Positions 1-12,739 of a stretch of 64,000 nt of DNA are shown here, one piece after another. The position numbers and the translations under genes are program-made. The stretch lies in contig CM075984.1 in the NCBI GenBank assembly GCA_038087875.1, positions 32,922,001 through 32,986,000 on the forward strand, in the 5' to 3' direction. Numbering within the stretch: position 1 is the first letter of the stretch; the number at the start of each line of letters is the position of its first letter. The notes below the pieces were generated by a model, which saw only the letters and a list, made by a program, of their open reading frames with translations, was not told the origin of the DNA and made no database searches. The stretch is from Malacoraja senta (taxonomy: Eukaryota).

Positions 1-359
1 ATATGGAATAAGAGCCTGTTAGTGCTGAAAGTGATCATGAATTATGTATTTAATAGCTAGTGTAGAAACTATCGAGGACTATCTGCGAGGACTAATGTAT
101 ACTGGTTCATCACAGATGTTTCTTCCCTGTCCATACGGATCATTGTATCCTTATTCATCTTGGCACATATTTTTAACTTATTCTCTGCAAACCTGCACAC
201 TTCCCTCGGGTAACCTGTTCACAGGCTCGTCCCCCGGCAATTGCTTGTTGGTTAGCTGCAGACTGCCAGAGTTTCAGTGCACAAAATTACAAAGTTTTTA
301 TCCAGCCATCATTTATTCCCTTGTGCTAGAGTCAATAGCCCAAATCATTTATTGTGTAG

Positions 360-488
<129 letters not shown>

Positions 489-1149
489 TGAAGAAGTTGA
501 AAGACAATTTTGTTTCTTAATTGTCCAGAGATGTGGGAAGTAGGGTGCTACTTAATGAAAGTTTTGAATGGATGGTTTTGGATGAGCCCCTTGATGGTTG
601 GGAAAACATACTTCCCATGCTCTGTAATATCTGTTCATGAAACAGATTAATGCTTTCTCTTCTGCGTCAAATCAAAAGGCAAACCATCATGAATGTAATT
701 GTTCTGCAACTCCAATAGAGGGAGATCAGAAAAATATATTAAGCTTTACTACGTCGATGAGAAACATACTGGAAGCCAAGTATCCAGTGCATGATGTTTA
801 CACTCATTTTTTCTACTTATTGAAATGTGTTAGTTTAACCCCACAGTGAAGTATCATAAACAAGGAGATGAATGACCTCCTTGTGTTTGGTTAGAAGCTA
901 TGTGTATGGTTAGAAGATGAATGTTTGCCAAGCCAATTACCCAAGAGGTCTTGGAATAGCGTTTATAGGCTTAAATTTCAGAAATGAGGTTCAGTGGTAC
1001 TTCCTTGAACATATTTTTTCTACAAATTTAAACACCTAATTAGTCTATCAAATCTTCCAGATATGATATCAACGAAATGTTCTAAGATACTTCATAGGAG
1101 AGTTTGTCAGAAAGTTATATGAAATATTAAGATAGAAAAGAGTTAGATT

Positions 1150-1610
1150 TTCAGAAGAAAAGGTTTATTGAGGAAATGTCACATGTTAGGGGCATGGCGG
1201 CTGAGTGTATGGAGCCATTGGTGAAACAGTCAAATCCAAAGTTGATGGAGTGCAGATCTTTCAGAAGGTTGTAGGCCTGGAAGAGATTAATGAAATATGG
1301 AGGCACGAGGGCATGAGACGATCTCAAAAGACGAGTATCTTAAAATGAAGGAATGGTAAACTGCGAGCTAGTACAGGTCAGCAAGTACAGGGGTGATAGA
1401 CAAACTGGAATTAGTGCCACCTGAACATCAGCGATCACGTTTTAGACAGTTTGAAATTTACCTGCTGGAGATTGAGTGAGAGCATCGGGAATATATTAGA
1501 ATAGTTAACCAGTTGTAATAAAAGCAGAGATGAGGATTTCACCAGAAACTGAACTGAGAAAGGTACAGGTGGACAATGATATGGAGGTTAAAATAGATTG
1601 TCTTTTTGAC
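1150..1610 (-). mobile_element. Ancient L2-like LINE fragment
   Basis: Minus-strand translation ...FLSSVSGEILISAFITTG resembles the L2 C-terminal LSSSAAETLIHAFVTSRLDY motif; heavily decayed. Confidence 0.45.
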
Positions 1611-1750
1611 ATTGAAATATTGTCTGCAGCAATTATTGGGATAACAACATGTAGGTCATCGGAAAAAATGGTGAACAGAAACACAAGCCTCCAAAACAGA
1701 GGCATCTTTTCCCAATGGATGAATAGTAAGAAGGAGGGTTTTTTCCCCTT

Positions 1751-1850
1751 TGTGTGTGTGTGTGCGGCATGCACGTACATATGTGTTTGTGTATGTGTCT
1801 CTGTGTGTATGCGCACATTTGCTCGAGTGCGCATGTGTGTATGTGCCAAT
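1751..1850. repeat. Degenerate (TG)n/(RY)n microsatellite
   Basis: tgtgtgtgtgtgtgcggcatgcacgtacatatgtgtttgtgtatgtgt... Confidence 0.85.
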
Positions 1851-2096
1851 GCATATCTGTATTGTGGTCATGCTCATCTGTGTGAAGATTTTGTTAACAT
1901 TTATCCACATTGAGTATGTGTAAAATGTCTTTGTTTTAACTCCTATCAGCTGCACACCATCTAAATTCCAATAATTGCTGCTTTATAAATTGTATACCGG
2001 TGTCTTTTGTTTTTGCTATCTCCTTCACTTTCCCACCGTTTCAACTCCTCACCGCTCCCGACGTGCTCAACCCTGCAACTGTTTAATTCCTGTTAG

Positions 2097-2159
2097 ATTG
2101 AACGGAGAAGAGCAGCTCAGATGTTGCTGGAGTCTCTGGGGGTGTTCTCTCCCAAGGAG
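2097..2159 (+). CDS. KIF1A: Candidate 63-nt alternative cassette exon of KIF1A: IERRRAAQMLLESLGVFSPKE
   Basis: ttcctgttag acceptor, GAG|gtttgt donor, phase 0-0, no stop; last 8 codons parallel LGVFSPKK of exon 401-476. Confidence 0.65.
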
Positions 2160-4624
2160 GTTTGTTTTGGTGACCATGTGTGTGAAGTGCTGTGCTCTCT
2201 TGGATTTGGTTTGTTCTATCACTTATAATATGGAATCCTCGATTCCATTGGCTGGTTCGGATACATTCATCAGCATCACCGCCCTGTCTTTAAGAGCCCA
2301 ACTTAATCGAAGAAAATGTTCCCAGTCCATCAACTTTTGAAGAGGACTTTGCGACCTAACTCCATTCACACTCCAACTCTGTCCTCTTGTCTCTCCTTCT
2401 CCTGTTCCTTCTCTCTGCAACCCCCACCACTCTCTCTTCACTTTCCTCATTTTCTTGGATTTCCTATCCATCCTTCTTCCATTCATCCGTTTCTTCCCAT
2501 TCTACCCCTCGGCCCCAATTATCCACTCATCTTTCCTTCCTCACCTCATTCTCGTTAATGCCATCTCCAATTCTCCCTATAAATGTCATCTGTTTAAGTT
2601 CATGAGAAAATATGGCAGGCGGAAATGATGCATAATCCATCAAGCCTGTCAGTTGCACTGCCAAGATACTGCCTGCTCATTTAACCTCCTGGGAAAAGAT
2701 CCTCTGATTTTCCTAAAGGTAAAATTCCTTTCCTTGACATGTTCTATATCCTTATGCATAAATCCAGCATCTCTCTGCACCCCATGTCGACTGGTTTTGA
2801 CTATTTTTCTTAGTGTTTCTAACTCCTATCAATATGGTTTCCATTTTGTGAGTTAGTGAATCCCAGTATTTGTACTGATTAAATAAATTGTCAGCAGAGG
2901 TTCTAATTACATTGCTGGAGAGCATCTCCCAACAAACTCATCAATCCATGAAGATCATCTATTTCCACAATCCACCTGACATTGTGGCCATTAGCTCAAT
3001 GGAATTTACGGGATTGCTACAGATTGGACAATCTGCATCCACAGAGACATGATGGATCACAGTCTTCACTTACAGTGAGGTACAGATTAGATTTTCAGGT
3101 TTTTGGATCAATGGAGCAGACAGAGGGCTGGAATCATCACTACAGTAGAACCATATTATTTTTCCATCAGACTTTATATACAACCACAACACAAAGGAAG
3201 CATTCATGTATATTAGTTGGCATTGTCAGGGGTTAAAAAATGAGACACCCCAATTTAGCCATTGTCTGAACTGGGTTGACATTATGACCTGGTTTTACAA
3301 TAATCTTACTGAGATTTCTGGAGGGCCAGTAATCCTACTAATAGTACTGACATAACCCTGTTCATAAGCAGCCTCCCCATATAGAGGGAAGACTGGAGTA
3401 TTATAACTAGAATGGTTATAGTTTGCTAATTAGGAACTCGCACTCAAATGTAATATCAAGCCATGAAGATCATTAATATGAGTCCATCTTGTCAGTCTCA
3501 GCCGGAGCATCAGCAGTTGAAAGCCATAATCCTTGCTCAAAAATAAGATAAGAGTAATATCAGCCAGTGGTTCTTAATATTGTTTGTTACACTTGACATG
3601 TTCAAAAATGTACATGTAAACCCATCCCCAGCTCTGATAGCCACAGGCCAGGGCTGTGCTAGCTTTTAGAAAGAGCTAATTGCTTGGTCCTATTCAATTA
3701 TTTATTTCTCGAGTGGATAGGCAATTCACAATGGAAATTTACAACCAAATATTTTCCCACCACACATTCTGTAGTGCCCAACACATCATGACAACAGGTG
3801 TGGAAAAATACCCTTTCCTTCTCTGCCAGTTTTATTGACAAGGGACAATTCTTCAAAGAATTAAAGATGTGGGCAGTGGGGGAGAAGGGCTAAAGTGCTT
3901 TGTTATTATCCCCAATTCACTGTTTAAAGATACACGCAATCCTTTATGCAGAAGAGTGTATGAATTGGTGTTCGTAACCTAAATCTCATCAATCCAACTG
4001 CAAATTATAATGTAATTTTTTGTGTAAAAAAAAGGATTGAAATACCATCAACACGGGGGTTTATGTCAATAAATGCCACTTGAGGGGTTCATAACCCTCC
4101 AAAGTGCCACTGTTGAGGATATATTGCACAGTTTAAGATGCATTGTCTTGGCAGTGCATTTTGAGATCTGTAAGACATGCTCCATTTCCAAGCTGCCTCA
4201 CCTGTGAGTGTTAATATTTGGGTTCCAGAAAATGGTCTATCCTGTGTTAATTAGTTGTTGCATGTTTAATATCTATTCTCTTAGAATCACGTTAAGGACC
4301 ATGGATGATGGATGTATATTTGGGCTAGAAATGTTTCAACCAGTCTAACAACTTTGCATGTGTGCATGTACGTGTGCATGAGTGTGTGTGAAGCATTATT
4401 GGGTGTGATTCCAGCAGCAAAATATGGCCACTGGACCAGAAACCAGCATCGTTTTAAATTTTTTACTTTAAAGAGTAAATCCGTTAATATCAGAACCTTC
4501 CACAATTAGACACGCATTTTCTTTCTGAGAAGAGTCCTGGAAATGAAGTCATCCCTTTAGTACAATTCTGAGGTTAAGTTGTTTGAGTGATTTTGGTTTT
4601 AGTGTTCATGCCATGTAGAAAGAA

Positions 4625-5712
4625 ACCTATGACCTCTGGTTCCCGATTCCCCTACACTGGGCAAGAGACTCTGGGCGTCTACCCAATCTACTCCTCTCAT
4701 GATTTTATATACCTCTATTAGATCACCCCTGATCGTCCTGCGCTCCAAGGAATAGAGTCCTTGTTTGCTTAACCTCTACCCATAGCTCAGGCCCTCGAGT
4801 CATGGCAACATCCTCATAAATCTTCTTTGCACCCTTTCCAGGTTGACATATTGTTCCTACAACATAGTGCCCAAAACTGAACACAATACTCTAAATGCGG
4901 CCTCACCAACGTCTTATACAACTACAACATGACCTCCCAACTTTTATACGCAATGTTCTGACTGATTCAAGGCCAAGGTGCCAAAAGCTTTATTGACCAC
5001 CCTGTCTACCTGTGATGCCACTTTCAACGAACTATGTACCTGCACTCCTGGATCCCTCTGCTATACAACACTCCCCAGAGTCCTACCGTTCAATGTGCAG
5101 GTTCTGCCCATGTTCGTGCTCCCAAAATGAAACACCTCAGATTTATTTGTATTAAATTCCATCAACCATTCCTCAGCACACCTGCCCAACCAATCAAGAT
5201 CCTACTGCTATTTTTGACAACGACTTCACTATCTACAATCCCACCCACTTTTGAGTCATCTGCAAACATGCAAACCATGCCATGTATGTTCTCATCCAAA
5301 TCATTGATATAGATGACAAACAGCAATGAGCCCAGCACCGAATCCTGAGGCACACCAGTAGTCACAGGCCTCCAGTCCGAAAAGCAACCTTTTACCATCA
5401 CCCTCTGCTTCCTTCCATGAAGCCAATTTTCTATCCATTCAACTATCTCCTTGAATCCCATGGGATTTAACATTCCAGAACATTTGATAAGGTACCTAGC
5501 GGAACCTTATCAAATGCCTTACTAAAATCCATGTATACAACATCTGCAACTATGTCTTCATCCCCCTTTTTGGTCACATCGTAACAAAAACTCAGATTCG
5601 TGAGCCACGACCTCCCATGTACAAAATCATGTTGACTATCCCAAATCAGCCCTTGACCATCTAAGTGCATGTATATCCTATCCCTCAGAATACTCTCCAG
5701 TAACTTTCTAGC
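4625..5712 (-). mobile_element. CR1-clade LINE fragment (RT region)
   Basis: ORFs with VYMDFSKAFDKVP, GVPQDSVLG, FADDSKVGG; frameshifted. Confidence 0.9.
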
Positions 5713-5866
5713 CACGGACCACGTTATGTTTCCATTTTTGTAAAAATAATCATTGGGTATTATCCATTTCTCGTCAAATGGCACGTGGTTGTGGAACACA
5801 CTGTTTTAACAATAAAACATGACCATCGTAAGGTCAGTTTCTTCCCCAGTCAGTACTCAGCCAGTG

Positions 5867-6366
5867 AACATATAACAGTACAGCAAAGAAACAGGCCATT
5901 GGCCCACCATGTTTATGCTGACCATGATGCTAAGTTAAACTAACCCTAACTGCTTGAATATCCCTCTATTTCTTGTTTGTTCATGCAAGTGTCTAAATGC
6001 CTCTTAAATGCTACAATTGCTTCTTCCACCTCCACCAGCAGGATGTTCTGGGCACCTATCACTCTGTGTAAAGGTTTGACTCACAAATATCTTTTAAACT
6101 TTCCCCTCATACTTTAATCCTATGCTTTCTAGTATTTGTCATTTTCACCTTGGGAAAATGACTCTGAATGCCTCAGCCTTTGACCCTCTAGAGAAAACAA
6201 TCCAAGTTTGTGCAACTTCTAACAGCTAATACTTGCTAATCCAGGCAACATCCTAGTGAACCTTATCTGTACCCTCTCCAAAGCCAGCACATCCTTCCTA
6301 TGTCCTCTGGTATGGGGACAAGAACTAGAAAACAGTACTCCAAATATGGGTGAACCAAGGTTTTAT
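5867..6366 (-). mobile_element. Old CR1 3' end fragment
   Basis: Reverse complement of CR1 3' UTR (acagtacagca..gaaacaggcc..ggcccac) plus decayed ORF2 C-terminus. Confidence 0.7.
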
Positions 6367-6833
6367 GTGGAATGGGCAGGGAGCTGGGCAGTCAATGCAG
6401 GAATCCCTGGCATGTACAAAATGAATGATTCAAAGAATGGTTGTAGATTTATCTTGCCATGCTTAATGAAAACTAACCAAATGGCAAAAGAACAAATTAA
6501 CATTAATTGCCAGCCAGTCAGTGAGAGCCATGCTTGACCATGCCCAACACCCAAAGGACAAAAACTTCAATGGACAAGAACATGTTTGCCAAATTGAAAG
6601 CTTAATTTCTTAGCTTTGCCAACTCCAGAGTATATGGTATTCATGTTAATGGTGTGCGACTGCACAACAGCCTACCATGGTGGAACTCGAAGGATCTGGA
6701 TGTTATTTATTTTTTAGTTTACTGGGAAACCACTGCAGTGAAGCTAGCAAAATAAACAAATATGTCTGGTCCCACGTTCTTAATGCACAGAAGTCCACAA
6801 TTTCCTTTAACATTATCTAATCTTCCCTTATAG

Positions 6834-6974
<141 letters not shown>

Positions 6975-7193
6975 TAAATGTGGCTGAGCAAAGCATAATG
7001 CTCAGGATGTGTGGCCAGTGATAGATTGACAGTAATGACTGACTCTAAATTTAGTTGGAAAGTATGTTTTTTCAGTTACCAACAATGGAATAATCAAATT
7101 GAAAACGTTTCTGCAAACAGGCAAGAAACAACACATGATTAAAAAAAGTATAACTCAGAGCCTCTGTAAAAAGCTTTAAGTGAAACCAAATAA

Positions 7194-7289
7194 AAGACAC
7201 AAAATGTTGGAGTAACTTAGCAGGTCAGGCTGCTTCCCTGGAGAATATGGATAGGTGATGTTTCGGGTTGAGACCATTCTTCAAACTGG
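7194..7289 (-). mobile_element. Penelope-like terminal repeat (pLTR) fragment
   Basis: Same repeat family as 19146, 23821, 31980, 46432 (ggagtaactcagcgggtcaggcagc...gtttcgggtcgagaccc). Confidence 0.65.
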
Positions 7290-7351
7290 TGAAACCAAAC
7301 TGAGTTCATGTGTTGAGATGAGTTGGGTAAAGAGATGTTTAATAAAAAGTA

Positions 7352-7520
7352 CAGGCACTCGCCGACTTAAACAACAGGTGACCTACGTAAACTCGCACTT
7401 ACATAAGCAATTATTTAAGCCCACTGACACCCACATGGTCTCCCCGTTGGAGCACCCACATGGTCACAACATCTGACTTACGCAAAGGATGTAACCCTTG
7501 CGTAAATCAGGGAACATCTG
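7352..7520. mobile_element. Tigger/pogo-like MITE (about 169 bp)
   Basis: TA|caggcactcgccgactta...cgtaaatcagggaacatctg|TG; imperfect CAG-type terminal inverted repeats with a TA-like target duplication. Confidence 0.55.
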
Positions 7521-9655
7521 TGAGATTTAATACAGAAGGCAATAGAACTCTGAACTGGCATGAACTACTAATGTTTGTTGTTGTAGCAGCGACAATATTG
7601 ACACCAATGTAATCTGGAAAGGAGGGCCAGGAGTTATTGGAACAGGACAAGTGCTTACAATTTGGTCTGCTGTTCCCGTAAGGGATAAATACCAACATGG
7701 GCTGATGGAGCCACCCAGCCTTTTCCATGGTGTAATTTCTGTGGGGTTTTATGTAAACTTGAACCAAATGGACTGTTACGTTTGTGGTTCTTTAATAATC
7801 CTCTTGCTGAAGATCATTTCAGCGTCTTGTTTGCCAGAGTTTGTGAGCCTCATTCCCACGGAGGCCCGAGGGGACCAATAAATGTTCCCCACAATCCATT
7901 TCAAATGATCTATGTTGCACCCGTGCTGAAATATTGCCTATTCACAGAAGTAACAGCCTGCAGTGTATTATGAGGTGATTTAAAATCTTCAGGAATTAGC
8001 AGTGGCAGCATGAACAGAAGCCAGAAATGCTGATGACTCATCCCGTGAGCAGATGTTTGGCATCTACACAACTCTTGATATCTTTGGATCATTCCCAATA
8101 CCTCTGAGAATGACTAACTTGGTCTAAAGTTGGTAAGCATTTAGCACTGTACCTGGGAAGCAAACAGCACACGCTGCTTGGCAATTACCTACACGGCTGC
8201 TTATGGTCTCAACTAAATGCCCTGCAAATGTCACATTAGGTACGTTTTAAATTTAAAATATCAAGCTAATCTTCTTTTACCAAAACATAAGCAAACACAT
8301 AAATAAGAACCATAAATATAACTGCAAGCTGACAATAGACCATCCTCTACTCAACCACAAGGCAGCATAAAAATAAACTCAATGAACTAATCCTACTCAT
8401 TGAAAATAACCTCTAGGTAATGCATCGTTTGTTTTCCTATAACATTTTTAGCAGTCTGGCAGCCAGTCCATATTGCTTCTTGGATACCAAAACTGATTTA
8501 TCTTTTTTCGGGAGGTTCAGACTGATTGGTCCCTTCTCTCAGGTGCTTATACAGACTTTCTTGGACATGAACAGAGCAGCTCCTATTTCCATTTAAGAAA
8601 AGTTACCAAGATATTCTTGGATCTTGAAAATCTGACCACATATATTTAAACAGGAACTTCAGACACGTATAAACCAAATTCTAAGTTAGGATTTCTTCAC
8701 TTTCTAGGCTATAACTAAGATAATTGAGTAATATTATTTTTGGATATGGTTAGATTGCTTGTTCATTTCAGTTTTACCTATGTGCCTCATATCATGCAAG
8801 TTTGAATTTATATAATGTCTGTCATTTCTTGTAACTGTTCATGTGCAATTAATTAAATTTGCACACTGCAGCAATTGTGCGCATAGTTACCTCCAGGTGG
8901 TTGGATGTGTTTCAGGAGATTTCATCATGTAAACTCCCATCTCCAGTCTGCCCCATTCCAACAATCCCACCTTTGGTTGTCCGATACGCGAGCTTCACAA
9001 AACACCACCTTCCTTTCTGATCAGTAAACAAACAGGCTCTTCATTTACTGAGTGGATGTTTCTTGACAGTTATTCAATCTTGTTTCCCATCTTCAATATT
9101 TTATGAATAACAATTAAGAAATCTTCATGAGTGCTTAAAACAAAAGCAAACCTTTTTATAACTATACCCATGATTTTTCTCCATTGTTGGCCAAACTAGA
9201 TTATGGTAATTAATCTCTAATCTGTGGTACTGGGTGGTACAAAGACAGACATTGAACCTGGTAACACATCACAAATGGCCAAGCAATGATGTGAATGAAG
9301 GCTACCAATTGGTCAAGACAAAAGAACATACACTCACAGTCACTCACTCACACACGCACACCCCAGTAATTTACACATTGGTTGCGTCCCTTTTTCATTT
9401 ATTTTTGATGGAATCCTGAGAGAATCAGTCTAAATGGCTATTGCCAGCAATTTGGTGCATTTCAAACATAAACTCACTCAGTTATACGCCATGGCCTTAA
9501 TAGAAATTGTGAACAATTGATTGGTTTCATTATAATTAAACTCCTGATGCAGTATTAGGCAATCAGGCATGAGAACTTCACAGTGGATCTGGGTTTCAAT
9601 ATGCTATTCGGTGATAATTTTCATGGATTTAAAACAATTTAATCTAATTCCTCAG

Positions 9656-9762
9656 AGTTGGGCGTGAAGATGCAGAACGGCGCCAGGATATAGTACTGAG
9701 TGGACATTTCATTAAAGAAGAGCACTGTATCTTCCGAAGTGATGTCAAGGCATTAGGTGAAG
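9656..9762 (+). CDS. KIF1A: KIF1A exon: [38 protein letters not shown]
   Basis: ttcctcag acceptor, gtatgg donor, 107 nt. Confidence 0.95.
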
Positions 9763-10986
9763 GTATGGCACTTTGTAGTTCCCACCTGAAGGAAACTGGC
9801 CATGGTTATCTCTCGAGTTTCCATTTACTGACGGTCTAACCTATGAGCTACACATTAATGTGAAGCACTATCTTAATAGTGGGTGCCAGGCTGCATGCAG
9901 TGTGAAAATCTTCCATTTTTGCTGATGTTCAAGTGAAATTTTAATTTGGACTGCAGGGCCTCACTGAAACATTAGATGAATGATCCTGTGCTCTGCATTC
10001 AAGGAATGGCAGCTCACTGAAGAGGTCCATTTTATGCATAGTGTGCTGCAATCAATTATTAAATATTTACTGACTAGCCTTTTTGTTGCCTTTTACGTGG
10101 GTCTTAATGACAAAGCCAGCACTAAACCTCTAAATACAAGACTGAAGGTGACGTTGAGAGCTTCTGGAACTACCAATGACCTTATGATCAGACTGTTGTG
10201 CAGTTTGATATAATTAAGCTGATTTCTACTCAATTTCAGAGGGTAGCTGAGAGTTAATCAAACTAGACCCATGTCTAAGCAGATGGTAGATGTTCTAAAG
10301 AACATTGCAATAGTTTAATGGGTACTAATAGTACTACCTTAAATTCCACAATCTTCATTTTAACAGTTTTTAATATCCTTAGCTCCAAATGAGATTACAA
10401 TTTACTTCTCTGGAGCTTTGCTTCGGCTTCTTCATTACTATGTACATTATTTCTGTCATCCAGCTACCATTTTAATGAACCTTGCCTTTTGAAATTTATG
10501 ACGCACTGATGGATAACATGGGCTAGTTATGATCAAAAAACAAACTGCTGGAGGAACTCAGTGAGCAGAGCAGCATCTGTTGGGGGAAAGAATTGTTGAA
10601 GTTTTTGGTCGAGACCCTCATGATATTATGGCAGTTTAACAGCTTCATGGTTACTTTTACTAATGTCAGCTTTTTATTTCTGTTCCTTTTTAAATGGACC
10701 TGTATTCCTGTAGTGTCATTGTGCTGAACATTTTCCTTTGAGTTTCCATTCAGTAACATAATTATTACACTCCTGTTACTGAAGTCAAAGGCAAATATTA
10801 AAATCTATCTTCAGGTGACAGCAAGAGAACTGGGCAAACTGGGTTAATCTGCAGTGCTGAAAGCTGCTGTCATTGATGTGGACTGCAGGGGGAGCAGGGA
10901 GATGAAGATCTAGTGTGGTTGATGAAATTACCAGCTCACTTATGTTACTTTTAAGAATCTCTCAGCATTTTTCTTCTGCTTTATAG

Positions 10987-11070
10987 TGATTGTCATTCTT
11001 GAACCATGTGAAGGAGCAGACACATACCTCAACGGAAAGCAAGTGACTGAACCAACTGTACTTAGATCAG
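10987..11070 (+). CDS. KIF1A: KIF1A exon: (V)[30 protein letters not shown]
   Basis: ctttatag acceptor, gtacat donor, 84 nt. Confidence 0.95.
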
Positions 11071-11124
11071 GTACATATTTTCAACCATCGAATCATACAG
11101 CATGGAAACAGGAAACAATACTTT

Positions 11125-12439
11125 GAAACGTAGAAACATAGAAAACTTGTGCAGGAGTAGGCCATTTGGCCCTTCGAGCCAGCACCGCCATTCAATATGA
11201 TCATGGCTGATCATCCAAAATCAATATGATCATGGCTGATCACCCCGTTCCAGCTTTCTCCCCATATCGCTTGATTCTGTTAGCCTGATGAGTTGTATCT
11301 AACTCTCTCTTAAAAACATTGTGAATTAGTCTCCACTGCCTTCTGTGGCAGAGAATTCCACAGTTTCACAACTCTCTGGGTGAAAAACTGGTGAATTTAT
11401 GCTGCACTCCCTCAATAGCAAGAATGTTTTTCCTCAAAATAGGAGACCAAAACTGCACACAATACTCCAGGTGTGGTATCACCAGGGCCCTCCTTACTCC
11501 TATACCCAAATCCTCTCGCTGTGAAGGCCAACATGCCATTATCTTTCTTCACTGCCTGCTGTACCTGCATGCTTACTTTCAGTGACTGATGTATAAGGAC
11601 ACCCAAACCTCGTTGCACCTCCCCTTTTTCTAATCTGACACCATTCAGATAATAATCAGCTTTTTCTTGCCACACAAGTAGATAGCCTCACATTTATCCA
11701 CATTATACTGCATCTGCCATGCATGTGCCCACTCACCCAACCTATCCAAGTCACACTGTGGCCTCATAGCATCCTCCTCGCAGTTCACCCTGCCACCCAG
11801 CTTTGTGTCATCCGCAAAGTTGAAGATGTTACATTTAATTCCTTCGTCGAAATCGTTAATATATATTGTAAATAACTGGAATCTCAGCACTGAGCCTTGC
11901 GGCGCACCGTTAATCACTGCCTGCCATTCTGAAAAGGACACATTAATTCCTACTCTTTGCTTCCTGTCTGCCAACTAGCTCTCTATCCATGTCAATACCC
12001 TATCCCCAATACCATGTGCTCTAATTTTGCACACATATCTCTTGTGTGGGACCTTGTCAAAGGCTTTTAGAAAGTCCACATCCACTGGCTCTCCCTTATC
12101 CATTCTACTTGTTACATCCTCAACAAATTCCAGAAGATCAGTCAAGCATGATTTCCCCTTCATAAATCCATGCTGACTTTAACTGATCCTGTCACTGCTT
12201 TCCAAATGCGCTGCTATTACTTCTTTAATAATCGACTTAAGAATCTTCCCACTACCGATGTCAGGCTAACTGGTCTATAATCCCCTGTTTTCTCTCTCCC
12301 CTTCCTTTCTTTAATAGTGGGGTTATATTAGCTACCATCCAGTCCACAGGAACTGATCCAGAGTCTATTGAACTTTGGAAAATGATCACCAATGCGTCCA
12401 CAATTTCAAGGGCCACCTCCTTGAGTACTCTGGGATGCA
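11125..12439 (-). mobile_element. CR1 LINE, 5'-truncated, internally deleted, 3' tail present
   Basis: ORFs with PQGSVL, FADDTKLGG, KAFDKVPH; (catagaaa)n tail at about 11125-11144. Confidence 0.92.
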
Positions 12440-12457
12440 ATGAGAAATGGCTTCTGA

Positions 12458-12739
<282 letters not shown>

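Noticed and set aside
2097-2159. Mutually exclusive partner of exon 401-476
   Set aside because: Phases differ (0-0 vs 2-0), so substitution via the 2096 AG would frameshift; internal AGs with the right phase lack a pyrimidine tract.
1975-2340. 121-aa ORF overlapping the candidate exon as an independent gene or terminal exon
   Set aside because: Non-ATG start, no recognisable domain, and out of frame with exon 401-476; the coding signal is in the other frame (LGVFSPKE).
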